From Lingula anatina (lineage: Eukaryota; Animalia; Brachiopoda), in contig CM120640.1 in NCBI GenBank assembly GCA_051362555.1, positions 9,424,001 to 9,488,000 on the forward strand: a stretch of DNA of 64,000 nt, written 5' to 3'. Below, in pieces: positions 13,101 through 27,573 of the stretch (within the stretch, counting starts at the first letter, position 1; every line of letters starts with the position of its first letter). The translations under genes were made by a program, and so were the position numbers. Under the pieces are notes generated by a model. The model ran no database searches. It worked only from the letters and a program-made list of their open reading frames with translations, and had not been told where the DNA came from.

Positions 13101-16100
13101 ACAGCCAATTAAGTTGTCTCCCCTTACACATTCTCCTCTTGTGAGCAGAGGTATCCTCTATTGTGAGGGGAGGTATCACCCATTGACCACTTAAGTACAT
13201 GTAGATGTTAGATCACTTTTGATCTTAAAAGCAGATTTAGTCCATTTTAAGACAACTGCTGTAATGATTAAGATTGTGTAAGATCACTTGTGATTTTAAA
13301 TTGCACTTTAAGACCAAATCTAACCCACTAGTGAAAACTAGATCATAATTTTTAAAAAGTATTTCAACTCTTTAATATACTCAATTCTCTGAAACTTGGA
13401 GTATTTTTATAAAGAAAGGATCTATTTTTGATAAAAACAGGATTGTTATTCATTTTATTGCAGGGTATCGCCCTATAATGGATGCCATGAAGTCATTTTC
13501 TACAGACGCTCCAACTTCTACTACTCTACCATGTGGAGTAATTGATTTGGAGGTAGGTGTCTTGTAACAGCTTGCAATTATCTTTTGATGGAGATCAGGC
13601 CTACCCAACTACCAGTAAGCATTTCACAGTGTCATATCCAGAACAAATTTTGAGATGAGATGCACTACTTTTCAACCCCGCTGAGAATCATCACTATCAC
13701 ATTGCGTACTAGGCAAGAGGTGTGTCGCGTCTGCTACTTCAAAGCATGTAATGACACACACCTTGAAAACGGGTAGTGTGGTCCAATCTACCGGTGAATT
13801 CAGGATCATTCAGTGCCGAGTCTGGTAGTTGGGTAGGCCTGGAGATGGTTCACAAAGAAGGCCTCAAGTTTTTATGCATTTTTGTTTATCTTATCCCATT
13901 GTACACACTCTACTGTTTTCTGTCAACACTACAGGACATTCCAAAGTATCTCCCTCTCACAACTTTTAGTCTCTGTAAAAATTTTGTCACTTTATTCCTT
14001 CCATTTTAGTACAGGGAATGTAGAAGGTGAAACTACTCATATATTTTTTTCATTAGAAATGATATGTAGAAGGGGAACAAGAATTATAGAGGCAAGTTGC
14101 CTTCATAAGATATGAACTCAAGATATGAACAGGAGCAAGAAAGAAGTCTGAAATAAGCTGTCAGCATTAATTGTTTTTCAGGACCTTGGTGCCAGGTGCT
14201 GTGGCAGTGGCCAGGCTGGGTGTAATGGTGTCTGTAGAAATAAAGTGCCAGGCTGTGTGGACTTGGGGCAAATAGAGATAACTGTGGGGGACAAGTGTTG
14301 GGTGAGGCCCACCAGTTTGGCAGATACATTCACCATCATGAATACTATGCTAGCACAGGGGAAAACTGTCAGACCTTTCCTGGGAAACACTTCTGTGGGT
14401 AAGGACATTTTGGGATGTACATGAGTACAGACAGTTTGGGATTTTGGTGTGGACAATTTGGGATGTGGGTATAAAGACAAGTTGGAAATGGAATAAAACT
14501 TGGACATTTTGCTCTTTTCAGCTCCTTAGCACTTTGCCAGCTATATTATATTAATTATGTGCACCTATCTAAATGTCACAGCATATAATGTATGGCTGTA
14601 CATGATAAGATGATGTTTAAGATAAGAATAATATGGGCCAGAAATATACATATTAAAAAGCTATTTTGATAAATAGGTGACAAAAAGATTTAGCTTATCA
14701 GCTAGTGGCTGTTTATTGTGCCTTCCATAATGTATTATTGTTCACCATGAATGTTACAACAAAAAATAGAGTTGATAATAATGTTGCAAGTGCAATTTTT
14801 TGCATGACATGTCATTGTTAATGCTAGTTTTAGTTTCATGAAAAACAGGACAAGCTGGTTGTACATTTTCTTTATGGTGGCACTGTTTGGATGACATAAA
14901 GTTGTTTTCATTTTCTGTATTTAGTTCTGTGATAATCACTGCAAAAGTATTATAATTAAGAGGTGAATGAATAGATAAAAAAAAACTGATCAAAATTAGT
15001 GATAAACCTTTTGTAAGGAGTGTAAGACTTAGTTGGAATTTAACCCAGATTAAAGGACTGGTGGATGCAGGATTTCAAGGAAGGGCTTTTTTAGTGCTCT
15101 TATGGTTTAGATCTTTTACGTTAATTGTCAAATTGTAGACTGAAATAATATATTGATATTATTCCAGGCATATTCAAAGATGATGGTCCATTTGATGTTT
15201 ATATTGACCTGAAAGGTGTGGAAGAGCTCTACAACATCTCGGTGTGTACCTTAGAATTATGTTACTATTAGAATTTAACACATGCACATTGTATTTAAAT
15301 TCGGGTTTGACATTTATAAGCACCATTTGAGAATCACACTATTTGTGTATAAATGAATGTACCAACATGTACATGTAGTTATACAAAGTATTGTTGAAAT
15401 GTAAGTTACATACATTTTTCAGTACATTGCATGTACTTGAATTTATCAGATGAACTTTTATTTAAAGGGTTTTATTGTCTTTAGAGTCTGAATTGGGAAA
15501 TTAAAGGAGCTTTACAGGACATGAATGTGACTGTTGGGGATTTTCAAATTCTTTGAGAGAGACTCTAGAATTTATTTTTAATGGAAAAATGCGGGAGTGG
15601 CCCTTGAATGTACCTTTAGAATAATATAATAGCTACCCTTTTATTCTGAACAGCAAACCAAACCAGTGACCTTTGGTTCTAATGTGAGCTTGTCTGCAGT
15701 GAAGGAACTGGTGCAAAAGTTGTCCACACAGCCTGGTTATGGCTACTGCAAAGGTTTGCTGCACCATCTGGATCTTGTGGCCAGTAAATCTGTCAGAGAT
15801 GTAAGTACTATAATTACTCAAGAAATTCAAATAGCACAAATTCATTTTGATAATATTTCCTTAAAGAATTATGCTAGAATGTAATAGTTTTATGCTGTTA
15901 CTTTTCTTCTAGTGTGGAAGCTGGGCTGGTAATGTGATGATGAAGCAGAAGCATCCAGATTTCCTTTCTGATGTCTTTGTCATCTTGCAAACTGCAGGAG
16001 GTGTTCTCAGCATTGGTAGGCCAGGAGTAGTTCCTGAATTTTTAAAATGAAATTTTGAGTTAAATATTATGATAAGTATCAAGTCATCATTTTAAGATTT

Positions 16101-19100
16101 TATTTGTTCATTAATTAACACTATAAACCTGTTGAGGGAGGGTTTTTTCTTGGCTAACTTAATTTATTTTATATTATATATTTTATATACATTGTTAGTA
16201 AAGTGTTTCATCTTTTATAGCAGTTAAGAGAGGTTTATGTATATGTTGCCCATGAAAAGACAGGCTATGTTTAATGCCTCTTTAGGTGACGGCAGTAAGG
16301 TGAAGACAGTGAGTCCTGTGGAGTTACTGAAGGAGGACATGGATAGCAAGTTGTTGTTGAGTTGTGAGCTGCCTCCAAGAGATGACAGCTACTTTGTGCA
16401 CTCATACAAAGCAATGCCAAGGTCAAGGGTGTGTAAGAGAATTTTTATAGCATTGACAGATATGTATGATAGATTATTTTTATTATTGTTTGTAATAAGT
16501 ACTTAAGAGCGTGGCATGATGTTATTCTTAAATATTTTTGAAAAAGGAATGTTTTTTTTTTAATCATTAAATCATCAAATTTTAGTATGCAAAGGAAATA
16601 CAAGAATGAAATGAATTTATGATATTTTAAAAAGTATTTGTATGCTGTGCTCTCTTCCAGTTTTCCCATGCTTATGTGAATGCAGGTTTCATCATGAAGG
16701 TTGATACTGCTAACAATTATACAGTGGTTGAGAAACCAATGGTGATTTTTGGAGGCTTTGGTGCTCATTTGGTAAGTCAAAACATTTCTCACTTTTCTTT
16801 TGTCCTTTCTTTTTTTTTTTTTTTGGGGGGGGGGGGGGGAGGTGCCATTAAACTCCATTTTAAATATTTTGTTGAAGAGAGTAGTCTTTAATTTTTTAGT
16901 ATTGGAATTTCAGAACAGAGCAGATCAATTGGAAACGTATCTTAATGGAAAGAGCCTGCTTGATCCAAATGTGTTGACAGGTATTATGACATTTATATTA
17001 CCAATTGCTTAGCTGAAAAATGTATAAACATGTAGTTCTTCAAGTTCAGTTTTATGTACTTTGTAACTTTTCCCCATGTAAATTGAGTTGTGATAACTCA
17101 GAAGAAAATTTGTTGTGTGAGATTATCATTGCAAAAGTTTCAGTGGACATGACAGTGTTTTGTTCACTGCAGGAGCTCTGTCTGTCATTGAGAAAGAAAC
17201 CCAATCCACTGCAGACTATGTGTCAGCAAGTCCAAAATGTAGAACTGAACTGGCCCAGGCTTTTTTCTATAAGGTATCTTCACTTTGTATAAGGCAAGGG
17301 TATTATTATTTATATAGAACAAAATTACACAAATTTAACTCACACAATCTCAGTGCTTTTCTGTTTATGAGTATCATGTACAAAGTCTATTAATGCTGTC
17401 GGTTCAAGTAATGACCTGCAAAGAGTGACAATTAAACCTAATAAACCATTTTCAAAATATTATAGTACCTATTCTCCTGTGTTTGCAGTTCCTTCTCAAA
17501 GTATGTGAAAACAAGATACCAGCCAACCTGAAGAGTGGGATGGCCAACCTTGACCGTGCACTCTCTGAGGGTCAGAGGAAGTTCCCAACTGACCAACAAA
17601 GCTGGCCTGTGAACCAACCATTAATGAACACACATGGCAAGACACAAGTAAGGGACACCTGTTTCTGTAATTACGAAACTGTTCTTACAGATTTTGTGAT
17701 ATCTCAACACTTTAATTTTAAGTAAAAATTAAATAATAAGTTTATCAAGTTTTAAAGAAAATATCAGTGTTTTATGTGATTTATCCACTCATAAATTGAA
17801 TGCCCAAAGGTTCTCTGGTTTGAGCTAATGAAATATTTTGCTCAGAATCATTTTGACCTTATAGACTGTAAGGAATGTGCATGTAGGTGTAGTGAGCAAG
17901 ATATAAGTGTACTGGAATGATAGCTCTTTTGGGAAAAATTAACATATACAAAAATGGATGTAAGAAGTGAAGATTACAACAAATGATATGTTTTGTGACC
18001 CAGCTACCACTGTAGTAAAAAAATTTGCCTGACCTTACTCATCTCACTATCCACGATGATATGAACTTTTCTAGGATTCTATACAATACAAATCTTATAA
18101 TCAACATTTTGGTCCTTGTCAGACTTCAGGTGAGGCAGAGTATGTGAATGACATACCCACTATGCCAGGGGAGCTCCATGCAGCCTTGGTCATAGCTGGA
18201 GTGGGGAATGCCAAGCTGGACAGCATGGATGCCACAGAGGCATTGGTGAGTTGTTGTAGAAGGTGGATAAATGATACCATGCGCTTCAGGTCTCATGGGT
18301 GTCAGCTTCTTCATTTTTCAAACCTCATGTGCTTTGACTGTCAGTTGCAAGTCTGTTTGGTGTTAGCCTGGATGCCAATTGCAGACAGGCATGCACTTGT
18401 CTAGATTTCATGGCAGGAGGGCATATGATGTAATAGACATATTTAATAGACATATCTAACATTCGCAAATTAGTGCAATAAACTTCAATCACTATCAAGC
18501 AATTGTCTGAAGTTCAGATGCAACAAGTGAGCATGAACAGGACTTTTTAAATGAAGAGGCTGACACATGTTGCCAATGAAACTGTTGCTTAATAGGCAAA
18601 TAAACTCTGAATGGTCTGTTTTGTAACATTTGCTATTATGTGTATCTTTAAGATACAGCTTTGTTAGTCATGTTGTCGTGTGTATAACCATGAAATAAAA
18701 AAAGAAATTAAGTAAATGATTATTTTCAATGAGAAAAGGTGATTATTCTTCCTGTACTGTACCTCAGTATCAGCTGTCACTGTTGAAAATAATGAAAAAA
18801 TACAAAAAAAGTATAAGTCTACAAATGACTATTTTGTTCACATATTTACCAGTACTTTTTAAAAATTAGAATTTACTTGTATACAGAAAATGCCAGGAGT
18901 TGTGAAGTTCATTACAGCAAAAGACATTCCTGGAGTGAACAGCATTGCCCCCAAAATAATGGAACCTGAAGAGGTAAGAAATAAAAAAAGAGAAATATTT
19001 GCATATGATATTAAATTTTGATTTAAGGTGTTTGTAATATTTTGAAAAATAAACTTGTTTTTGTTAATGAAACTTTTAGAATCTCTGAATGGCCTTCCTT

Positions 19101-22100
19101 ATAAATAGAATAGTATATATTTTTTATGTTTAATTTATTTTAGTGTTTGGTGTCTGAAGACATCTTGTATGCAGGACAGCCTGTGGGAATAATTGTTGCA
19201 GGTATGAAACATATAAAAATATGCATAATATCTTAAAAATTGCTTCATCAAATTAACACTCAGGGATAAAGAAAACATGCTGATGAAAGGTATTTTATTA
19301 TCATGGGATGTGCAATTTGGATTTATTTACTCCTCATTCTTAATGCCAGACCTCTATAAAATAATAGCAGATGAAAATTCTGGGGGAAATATGTTTCAAT
19401 TTTTATTTTAGAATCACAGCTTATTGCTGATGCTGCAGTCAAGGCAGTGAAGATTACATACAAGGATAAAAAGACCCCAATTCTGACCTTTGAAGATGCC
19501 ATCAAGCACAAATCCTTCTACAAGGACCCAGAAAATGAAATCACCATTGGAGATACAAAAGGTACATAGATATATACATATATTTAAATATCCTACAAAA
19601 CCTCTAACACTTTCAGAAGATATAGATCTGTGTGTCATAATAATTGCCTCATACTGTTCATTTATTTGCTGGCATGTTGAATGCCCTGCAAGTGTACTCT
19701 TTCTGTAAATTTATCATCTCATGTCATTTCAGCTGCTCTGGCCACTGCCCACAAGGTCATCAAAGGAAACATTGAAGTGGCCACCCAGGCACACTTCCCT
19801 ATGGAGACACATGTACGTTCATAGTATTTTGTGTTGTAAAGTGTAGTGTAGTGTAGAGTAGCGTAGTGTAGTGTAATGCAGTGTTGTGTAGAGTAGCACA
19901 ATGCAGTGCATTGTACATGTAGTGTAGTGTAGCATAGCATTCAGACCGTTGATGTTTGATGGTTCATATGTTATTTCATATATCATGTACTAAAAGATAT
20001 ATAATATAATTTCACAATATTTAATTAAATGCAACCTGTAGTTTTTATAAATAAATGGAAGTATTGTTTTTATTGGTAATAAGCCTGTGTTTCTAAAAGT
20101 GCTTTCTGTTAAACCTATATAAGAGGTTCTTTTTTTTAAAGTGCACTGTTACCATCCAACTACAATGTACATGTATATCTAGTGACTTGGACGCAAATAT
20201 GATGAGCCTGTGTTTATGTTCTTTACAGATCTGCCTGACAGTTCCCAAAGAAGATGGCTACAATGTCTACGCTGCTACACAGTGGATGGACTTCGCACAA
20301 AATGCAGTAGCACAGGTGTTGGGGGTGCCTTGTAACGAGTAGGAAATTTGTTAATTATGACTTAATATTACACAGTTGTAGTCTACATCTAAGTTTAAAT
20401 TTTACAATTTAGGTTTTTATACTGTTAAGTTTTCGTAGGAAGAATGTATTATCATCTGCATATCCCCTCCTTTTGGTTTACTTAAAGACACACGAAGATA
20501 TATGGAACCAGTAGCATTTAGCTATCCAGAAATTTCAACACGTTTCCCTTTTTTATCAAAATATACCAAAATATTTCACAGAATTGTGATCTATAAACCA
20601 GTGTCTTAGTTTTAGGTTTGCATTTTTTTTTAGTTTTACTCATGATTTAGGTAAGGACTGGTGCATTTCACAAATGACATTTAGGATTAGAAATTGAAAC
20701 TTGAAAATAGGTTCACAGATTGTCATTGTTTAATGGTTTTGGACAGGACACATATTGGAAATAAAGGGAAAATTCCCAAGATTTTTATTTTAGGTCTAGT
20801 GGACAAAGTATGCACATGAACAGAAGTTGATAATATGTTTCAGTGTTAATATGGAAGTGAGAAGACTGGGTGGTGCTTACGGTGCAAAAATTTCTAGAAG
20901 CTTCCATACAGCCTCAGCCAGTGCCCTTGCTGCACACCTGTTACAAAGGTAAAAATAATTAAAATGAATAAGTTAACCCAAAAAAATATTGTGATAATAC
21001 TGTGTATCGTTATACAAAAATACATCAAAATTCACTAAATAACCTATTCTGTTCAGCATTTTTACTGCATTTACATTTTACTGCTTTGCTGTCTTGTTTT
21101 ATAAACTCAATCTCTCATATTTTCTGTTACAAAGATGAGGAAATAATACTGTGCAAAAAGATTCCTCTGTTTATCAAAGATTAATTTAGTAATAGAGAAG
21201 ATTGCAGTTTTATTGAATTAATTTCACTGTAGTTTAACACTTCTTTTCTTACAGACCTGTCCGCCTGTTAATGACTATGAACACAATGTTGGAGTCCTGT
21301 GGCAAAAGGTTCCCCTACTATGCTGAGTATGAGGTAATGAGAGGTGAAATGTAAAATTACTCTCCACCTGCACTGGAACTGTTGATTGGGAATTCAATTT
21401 CAGTTTTAATTAGTAGTAGTAAGTCTAGAGAGAAAAAAATCACCCCAGAGGTTTATTTATTTATTTATTATTTTCTCTGTTGTCAAATAAAATTGACTTG
21501 CTGAAATGCATAATACACTTTATAATGCAGTGATTAAGTAGTACATGCTCATAAATTACAAAGATGCAGTGTCAATTATCTAAAATGATAACAGGATTCC
21601 ACAGTGTATGTTGATGTATGTTGTAGGTTGGAGTGAGTGCAGAAGGCAAGCTACTGGCTGTAGATGCTAAGATCTATGGTGATTGTGGTTCCAATCGCAA
21701 TGATTCCACCATCAAGCATACCATGGGGGTCATGGACAATGGTATAGTGTGCATTTAAGAAGAATTTGATAAATAAATGATAGTTGACGATTAATGATTA
21801 TCAGTAGGATTCTTGTAGTCTATTTATAATATTTTTTATAAATTTCTTGTTGTTTATATGTTGATAGTCCTTCTGTTATTAATATTTTCTGTACACTGTT
21901 TATAGTTGGAAGCATTTATTTTTATCCTGGATTGTCACAGTGACAAAAAGTATCGTTTGGAATTTTGGAAGGGACTTTTTGTGGTAAAATAAATAGAATG
22001 CAGTATCAAGATGTTATTTTGATGTTGTATGCTTCTGTAGGTATGCTAGTTTATGACCATGAACGGAAGCTTTTCATCAGCTAATGTAATTGTTATGTAC

Positions 22101-25100
22101 TGTTTTCTTTAGATTTTTTAACAATTGTTCTCTATTCCAGCTTACCAGTGTGATAACTGGCACACATATGGAGTGACTGTAAAGACCAACACACCACCCA
22201 ACACTTACTGTAGAACTCCAGGTGAGTAGAAACATTCAAATTTTGTTAATGCCACCTTTTCCTTTTCACAAGGTTTTATGTTGTGATGCCTATAGTATAC
22301 CATGATTTTATCATGGTTTAGTGATAAGTCTTCACAGAATATAAGATGATGAATTTATGGTAATAGAAGTTGAAGTCAGTGATTTTGTTTCTTTTGTAGG
22401 CTATACACCAGCCATATTCATCATGGAGAGCATCATAGAACATGTGGCCAAGGCACTGAACAAGGATCCAGTGGAAATCCGTAAACTCAATTTGTACAAG
22501 GAAGGAGAGGTGAATTAATATACTTTTCAATAACTATGAAAATACATTGTGCAGTCTTTTCTATTTATTAGGTATCACTAATACTTCAGTTGATTATAAA
22601 ACCCTAAAAGAACTTTTGAATTATCTTATATGATTAATTGGAAATATTTTTGTCATTTTTTATGAAAATGCTGGATTTCCACTGGTGAATATTTTATTCC
22701 ATATATGAAGATGTGCACAAGAGGGAAGGCATGCCATTTTTCACACATTTAGAGGGATTTACCTTTCTTTTCTGCCTTTTGACAAAGTAATGTATTTCAA
22801 CTAACCATATTGGACATTTTCAAGTATTTGTATCTAGAGGTCCAACTGATTCACACAGTTCTGTTATTTCAGACTACTCTACGCAAAGAGGTTCTGCAGT
22901 ATTGTAGTGTGTCCAAAGTCTATGACCAGCTGCTGAAGTCAGCAGATGTGCAGGCCAGGGCACAGAAAGTGGCTGACTTCAATAAGGTAGGTTGTAACCG
23001 CCTTTTGGAGTTTCATTAGTGCTTCAGTGTAAAGCTGTAAGATTTGTTACATTTTAAAGAAAGAACCTGCCTCTTTTCATTTTCTTACTATAAAGCACAT
23101 TTATTTAATACAGTGATATTTTCTCTTTTATTTATTGTAACATTCAGAACAACCGTTGGAAGAAGCGTGGCATGTGTGTTATGCCCATGAAGAATGCCGT
23201 GTCCTGGAACTGGTATATGGGCAATGCATTGGTCAATATCTTCAACCATGATGGCACAGTGGCTATTGCACATGGTGGTATAGAGATGGGACAAGGTATC
23301 AACACCAAGGTACAGGAGTTCCAACTAAGAACGGCTTTTTTTTACAAAAATAAGAAAGACAAACTGTTTTTTATTTTATTATGATACATGCTTTTTTCAT
23401 TAAATGTAATTTGAAATACAGGAGTTTTTTAGTTACACATTTTGCTTGCAAATTATTCCCCATATACATGTATACAGTTTATATATAGTATATGAAAATG
23501 GTATGAAATATATAGATGGATGTGGGACATTTTAAAGTAACAGCATGTTATACTTAATATAAGTAGACTATGTGATAATTTTTCTTCAAAGATAATGTTT
23601 TGAAATACAGTTTTTGATCAATTGCATGTTACAGGTAATTCAAGTAGCAGCCCATACCTTGGGCGTCCCAATAGAGTTGGTTAAGTGCAAGCCAAACAGC
23701 TCCATGTGTAATGCCAACAATATTGCAACGGGTGGGAGCATCACCAGTGAAATGTCCTGCAAGGTAATGCCACTCCCAGCTGTTATTTTAAAATTTGGGA
23801 AGGGGGGGGGCAAAATGATTATCTGTATTGAATATAATTCTTACTGGATCTAACTCTAACTAGGTTGTTGCATTGCTACCACAGTAAAATGTTCTTGTTT
23901 AATAGAAACTGCCCCTCATTATATTATTTTATTTTGTGTAACAATAATTATAAAACCATTACTGATTTTAAGGCTGTGTATGAGTGCTGCAAGACATTGA
24001 AAGAAAGGTTGGAACCAATCCAGCAAAACCTGCCACCTGACACTCCATGGCCACAGATAATCCAAGCAGCATTTTGGCAAAAGGTGGATCTGTCAGCCAG
24101 ATATTAGTAAGTGAAAAATGACAATTAAATGCAAGAAATTCCAGAATATGTTATTGTTAAAAAATGTATATGCACGTGCATGTTATGTAAGATAAAAACT
24201 CAAAAGAAAACAATTTATTGCAGCGTTGCTCCCCGCGGCTCTGGGCCTGATTACTTTGTGTATGCTGCTGCATGCAGTGAGGTGGAACTGGATGTTCTAA
24301 CTGGAGAAACAGTGGCACTGAGAACAGATATTTTGTATGACTGTGGAAAAAGGTGAGCAGAGAAAACCCAAATTTATATGAAATTTAAATATAATTTGTT
24401 TATATTTATCAGAATTAAATGATGAATACTTTTTATTTTAGATTCATGTTGCTGTTTTCAAAATCTAAATAAATGCCTTTAAAGGTGTGATAGACATTTA
24501 CTTTGTTAAATTTGCATTTAAAGTGTCACGATAAATTATTTATTAGATGAGTTGTAGCTTATTTTTAGCTGTGGTGTTGATTTGGATGCACTCATTTCTT
24601 ATTTCAGTCTTAGCCCAGAGATTGACATTGGTCAGATAGAAGGATCTTTTGTGATGGGTTTGGGCTACTGGATGACAGAAAAGACCAGATTCAACCCGGA
24701 GACTGGAAGAAACATCACTCATGGAACATGGGTATGGAAATCATTTCATCAGCAAGATTCAAATTATTATTTTTCACCTTATACTAGACTTTTCCTTTAT
24801 CTCAAACAATTCTTGTCATGTGGGTTTTTCATTTGTATTTGTTTGAATTAATATGATGATTGCTAACTTAAATCTTAAAGTGATGAACATAATTCCAATT
24901 CCTTAAGTGAGTGAGTTATGTCTCTGCTGTTTAGACTACTGTACTAACAGTTTCCTTTTAGTAAAGTTACTTTTTCAGTTATATAAAAAATGCCCTTTTG
25001 TCATAGAAGTGTCCATGTTTTAATTTATGCCACTAATTATTTTAAGGAATACAAGGTGCCCCTGGCTAAAGACATCCCCAGGGATTTCAGAGTGGAACTT

Positions 25101-25746
25101 CTTGATGAAGCACCTAAACCAGTAGGGTTCATGGGATCTAAAAGTAAGGGAAAATGTCTATCCCTAGTTAACTAAAATTGAAATAATTATTTTTGTAATT
25201 TACATCTCTTATGAGCATCAGTGTGTTTGATAAATTTTAATACTTGATTTCCATTGATGAAAAAATTATTTTTAACTTTATACTTCAGCTGCTGGAGAAC
25301 CACCACTTGTTCTCAGTATGTCTGTACTGTTTGCTGCCAAACATGCTGTGCAGGCTGCCAGAGCAGACATTGGGAAAGACAAAGAATACTTTGCTTTGAG
25401 TAAGTGGACCACTAGTGTCTGAATTTACTCCAAGTTATGTCAAAATTTCTTTAAAAGGACTGCTAATTCCAATTCTCAAGTTTATGTTTTAGTGAGATTT
25501 CATTTCCACTGATAAGTTGGTTGTATTTTTAACATATAAGGGTGGATGCTTAATATTTTACATCTCTGATTCTAATTTTTTTTTTAGGAGGTGGGGTAGT
25601 TTTTATATTTTCCTTTTAAATTAATGTTGAACCAATGATATGATGAAGAATTAATTTCTTTTTATTTTCCAGATGGCCCTGCAACTGCAGAGGCCCTGCA
25701 GCAAGCCTGCCTTGTGGAGCCCAAACACCTGACCTTGAAAGCCTAA
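10155..25746 (+). CDS. Aldehyde oxidase / xanthine dehydrogenase-family molybdo-flavoenzyme (AOX-type), about 35 coding exons; start codon tentative
   Basis: 2Fe-2S motifs [38 protein letters not shown]; FAD domain [20 protein letters not shown]; Moco domain [64 protein letters not shown]. Exons join in frame through GT-AG introns to TAA at 25744-25746; AATAAA at 25801. The first securely homologous exon is ~11370-11444; ATG 10155 is inferred. Confidence 0.93.
13011..13330. mobile_element. ~320-bp MITE with long imperfect TIRs, TA at both ends, in an AOX intron
   Basis: TAGTGGGCTTGATTTGGTCTTAAAGTGCAATTTAAGATCACAA at the left end matches the reverse complement of TTGTGATTTTAAATTGCACTTTAAGACCAAATCTAACCCACTA at the right end; similarity extends to roughly 70 nt. 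Confidence 0.85.
13596..13841. mobile_element. 246-bp MITE with perfect 20-bp TIRs and apparent 5-bp TSD
   Basis: CAGGCCTACCCAACTACCAG (13596-13615) / CTGGTAGTTGGGTAGGCCTG (13822-13841); GAGAT on both sides (13591-13595, 13842-13846). Confidence 0.85.
19840..19935. repeat. Degenerate (GTGTA)n pentanucleotide microsatellite in an AOX intron
   Basis: gtgtagtgtagtgtagagtagcgtagtgtagtgta... Confidence 0.8.
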
Positions 25747-27573
25747 AGACACAAGAGGCTGGAATGTGGAGTGGGCAGTCTACATCTTATGCATTGAAAG
25801 AATAAACACTCCACCAATTAATTTTGCCCATGTGCATCTTTTATATTCCAAGTCAAAAAAGTATTTCAGGATATCCTTGTGATATAGGACAAAGGGCAGG
25901 GATGATGAGTTTTCAGTAATATTTTTCATTGAATGAAAAACCATAGGTAATACATAGACAAATTTATTGAAAATGAAGCCTTATATTGTCATATTTACTC
26001 CTATGCCTTTTTTTCAAAATTTGATACCAGAAAAAAACAGCAAGAGAAAATGGCATATATTTTAAGCACGATTCAAATTTTAATTGTTTTATATATTCCT
26101 TCCACATTCCAAGTTTTCATATGTTTTCTTATATGTTATTTTTCTTTTATTATAAATCCTTAGCTTTGAAATAATTTTCATATTTTAACATTCATTGAAA
26201 TATTGAATAGAAAACATTGAGCGTTATAAAGGAAAGCACTTGTATCTGGAAAAGTATAAATTACAAGAATGGAGCTATTCATATCCCAGCACAAATGAGA
26301 TCTATTTAATTGGATGCTTGTGTGATAGAAATTGTAAACTAATTAAATGGAAGATGGCCATTAAGTGCATATCTTTTTAGTGCCATTTGAAGCCTATCTG
26401 TATTCTTTACAAATACAATATCAACCACAATTAACCCAGTGTACAACGTTATAGACATCTATTTAAGTGGAAACTTGTGTGACATTTCAGAACTTTTTAA
26501 CGACTAGTATTTAAATGGAAAATTTTGCCATTTAGTATCTATTTAATGCCATTTAAAGAATATATATATCTCTGTATTCTTTATGTACAAATGCAGTTGC
26601 TTGGTCTAAAGTTTGAACTTTCTATAAGAAGGGAAAAGGGAGCCATTTTGATGGTTTTGAATGAAAAAATGTTTAAAGTGGGTCTTACTGATTTAGCCAG
26701 TTATTTTGAAGATGAATATTTCTCTGAATCTTTGTCTTATTTCTCATAAATACCAATTAAGAAAAAATATATCAAAAGTGCAATGTCTTTTTGCATCTCC
26801 ATTTCTCACCATTACTGTGCAGCAAGTAGTATCCATCAAGCAAACTATAATTGGCTAGAAGTGTAGGGACAACTGCTTGTGACATCTTTCAAGCAAGTGA
26901 GGTTCATAATAACTTGTTTTTGAATTATTTTTTATTAACTGTTGCCCCACAGGCCAATTTCGCTTTAGATTATGTTCTCCAAACAACACTGATGCCTTTT
27001 ATTTCTGCACATTTCAGTATGACCCACTTTGAATAGATTTATCATTAAATGTGGACAGTGTAACAACAGTATATAACATATTTGTTATGTTAACAGAGCC
27101 CAAATATAAAAAAGAATAAAACTGTAGATTCACAAGCTATGCTAAATGTTTGCATTTTTCTCAAAAAAACTTAGCTTTGCAAGCATTTCCTAATGGAATG
27201 AATCAATTTAGCCGAGTTTAACTTATAAAACAGTTTTTTACATTTAATCAAGTTTACACAAGGCATGACTTGCAAAATCACATAATTCCACTGTTTTTAA
27301 TTCAGTCCTTCAGGCAACCCTGAACTTCTGGCCAATAGGTGTTGGTGCCAATATTCAGATTCCAAGCTCGTGTCTATTACACAGAGCACATTACAACACC
27401 TTGAATGTCCTCTATGAAGGGATCAAAATTTATTTACTGAAGGGCACATCAATCAGTAAAATGGAAGATACTTTTTCATAATCCTCATGATGTGTTTGAA
27501 AACTGAAGTGTAATCTAGTCAATCTCGGGTGTAATTTGTATCACAGACATATGTAACACACGATAACAAGTTT

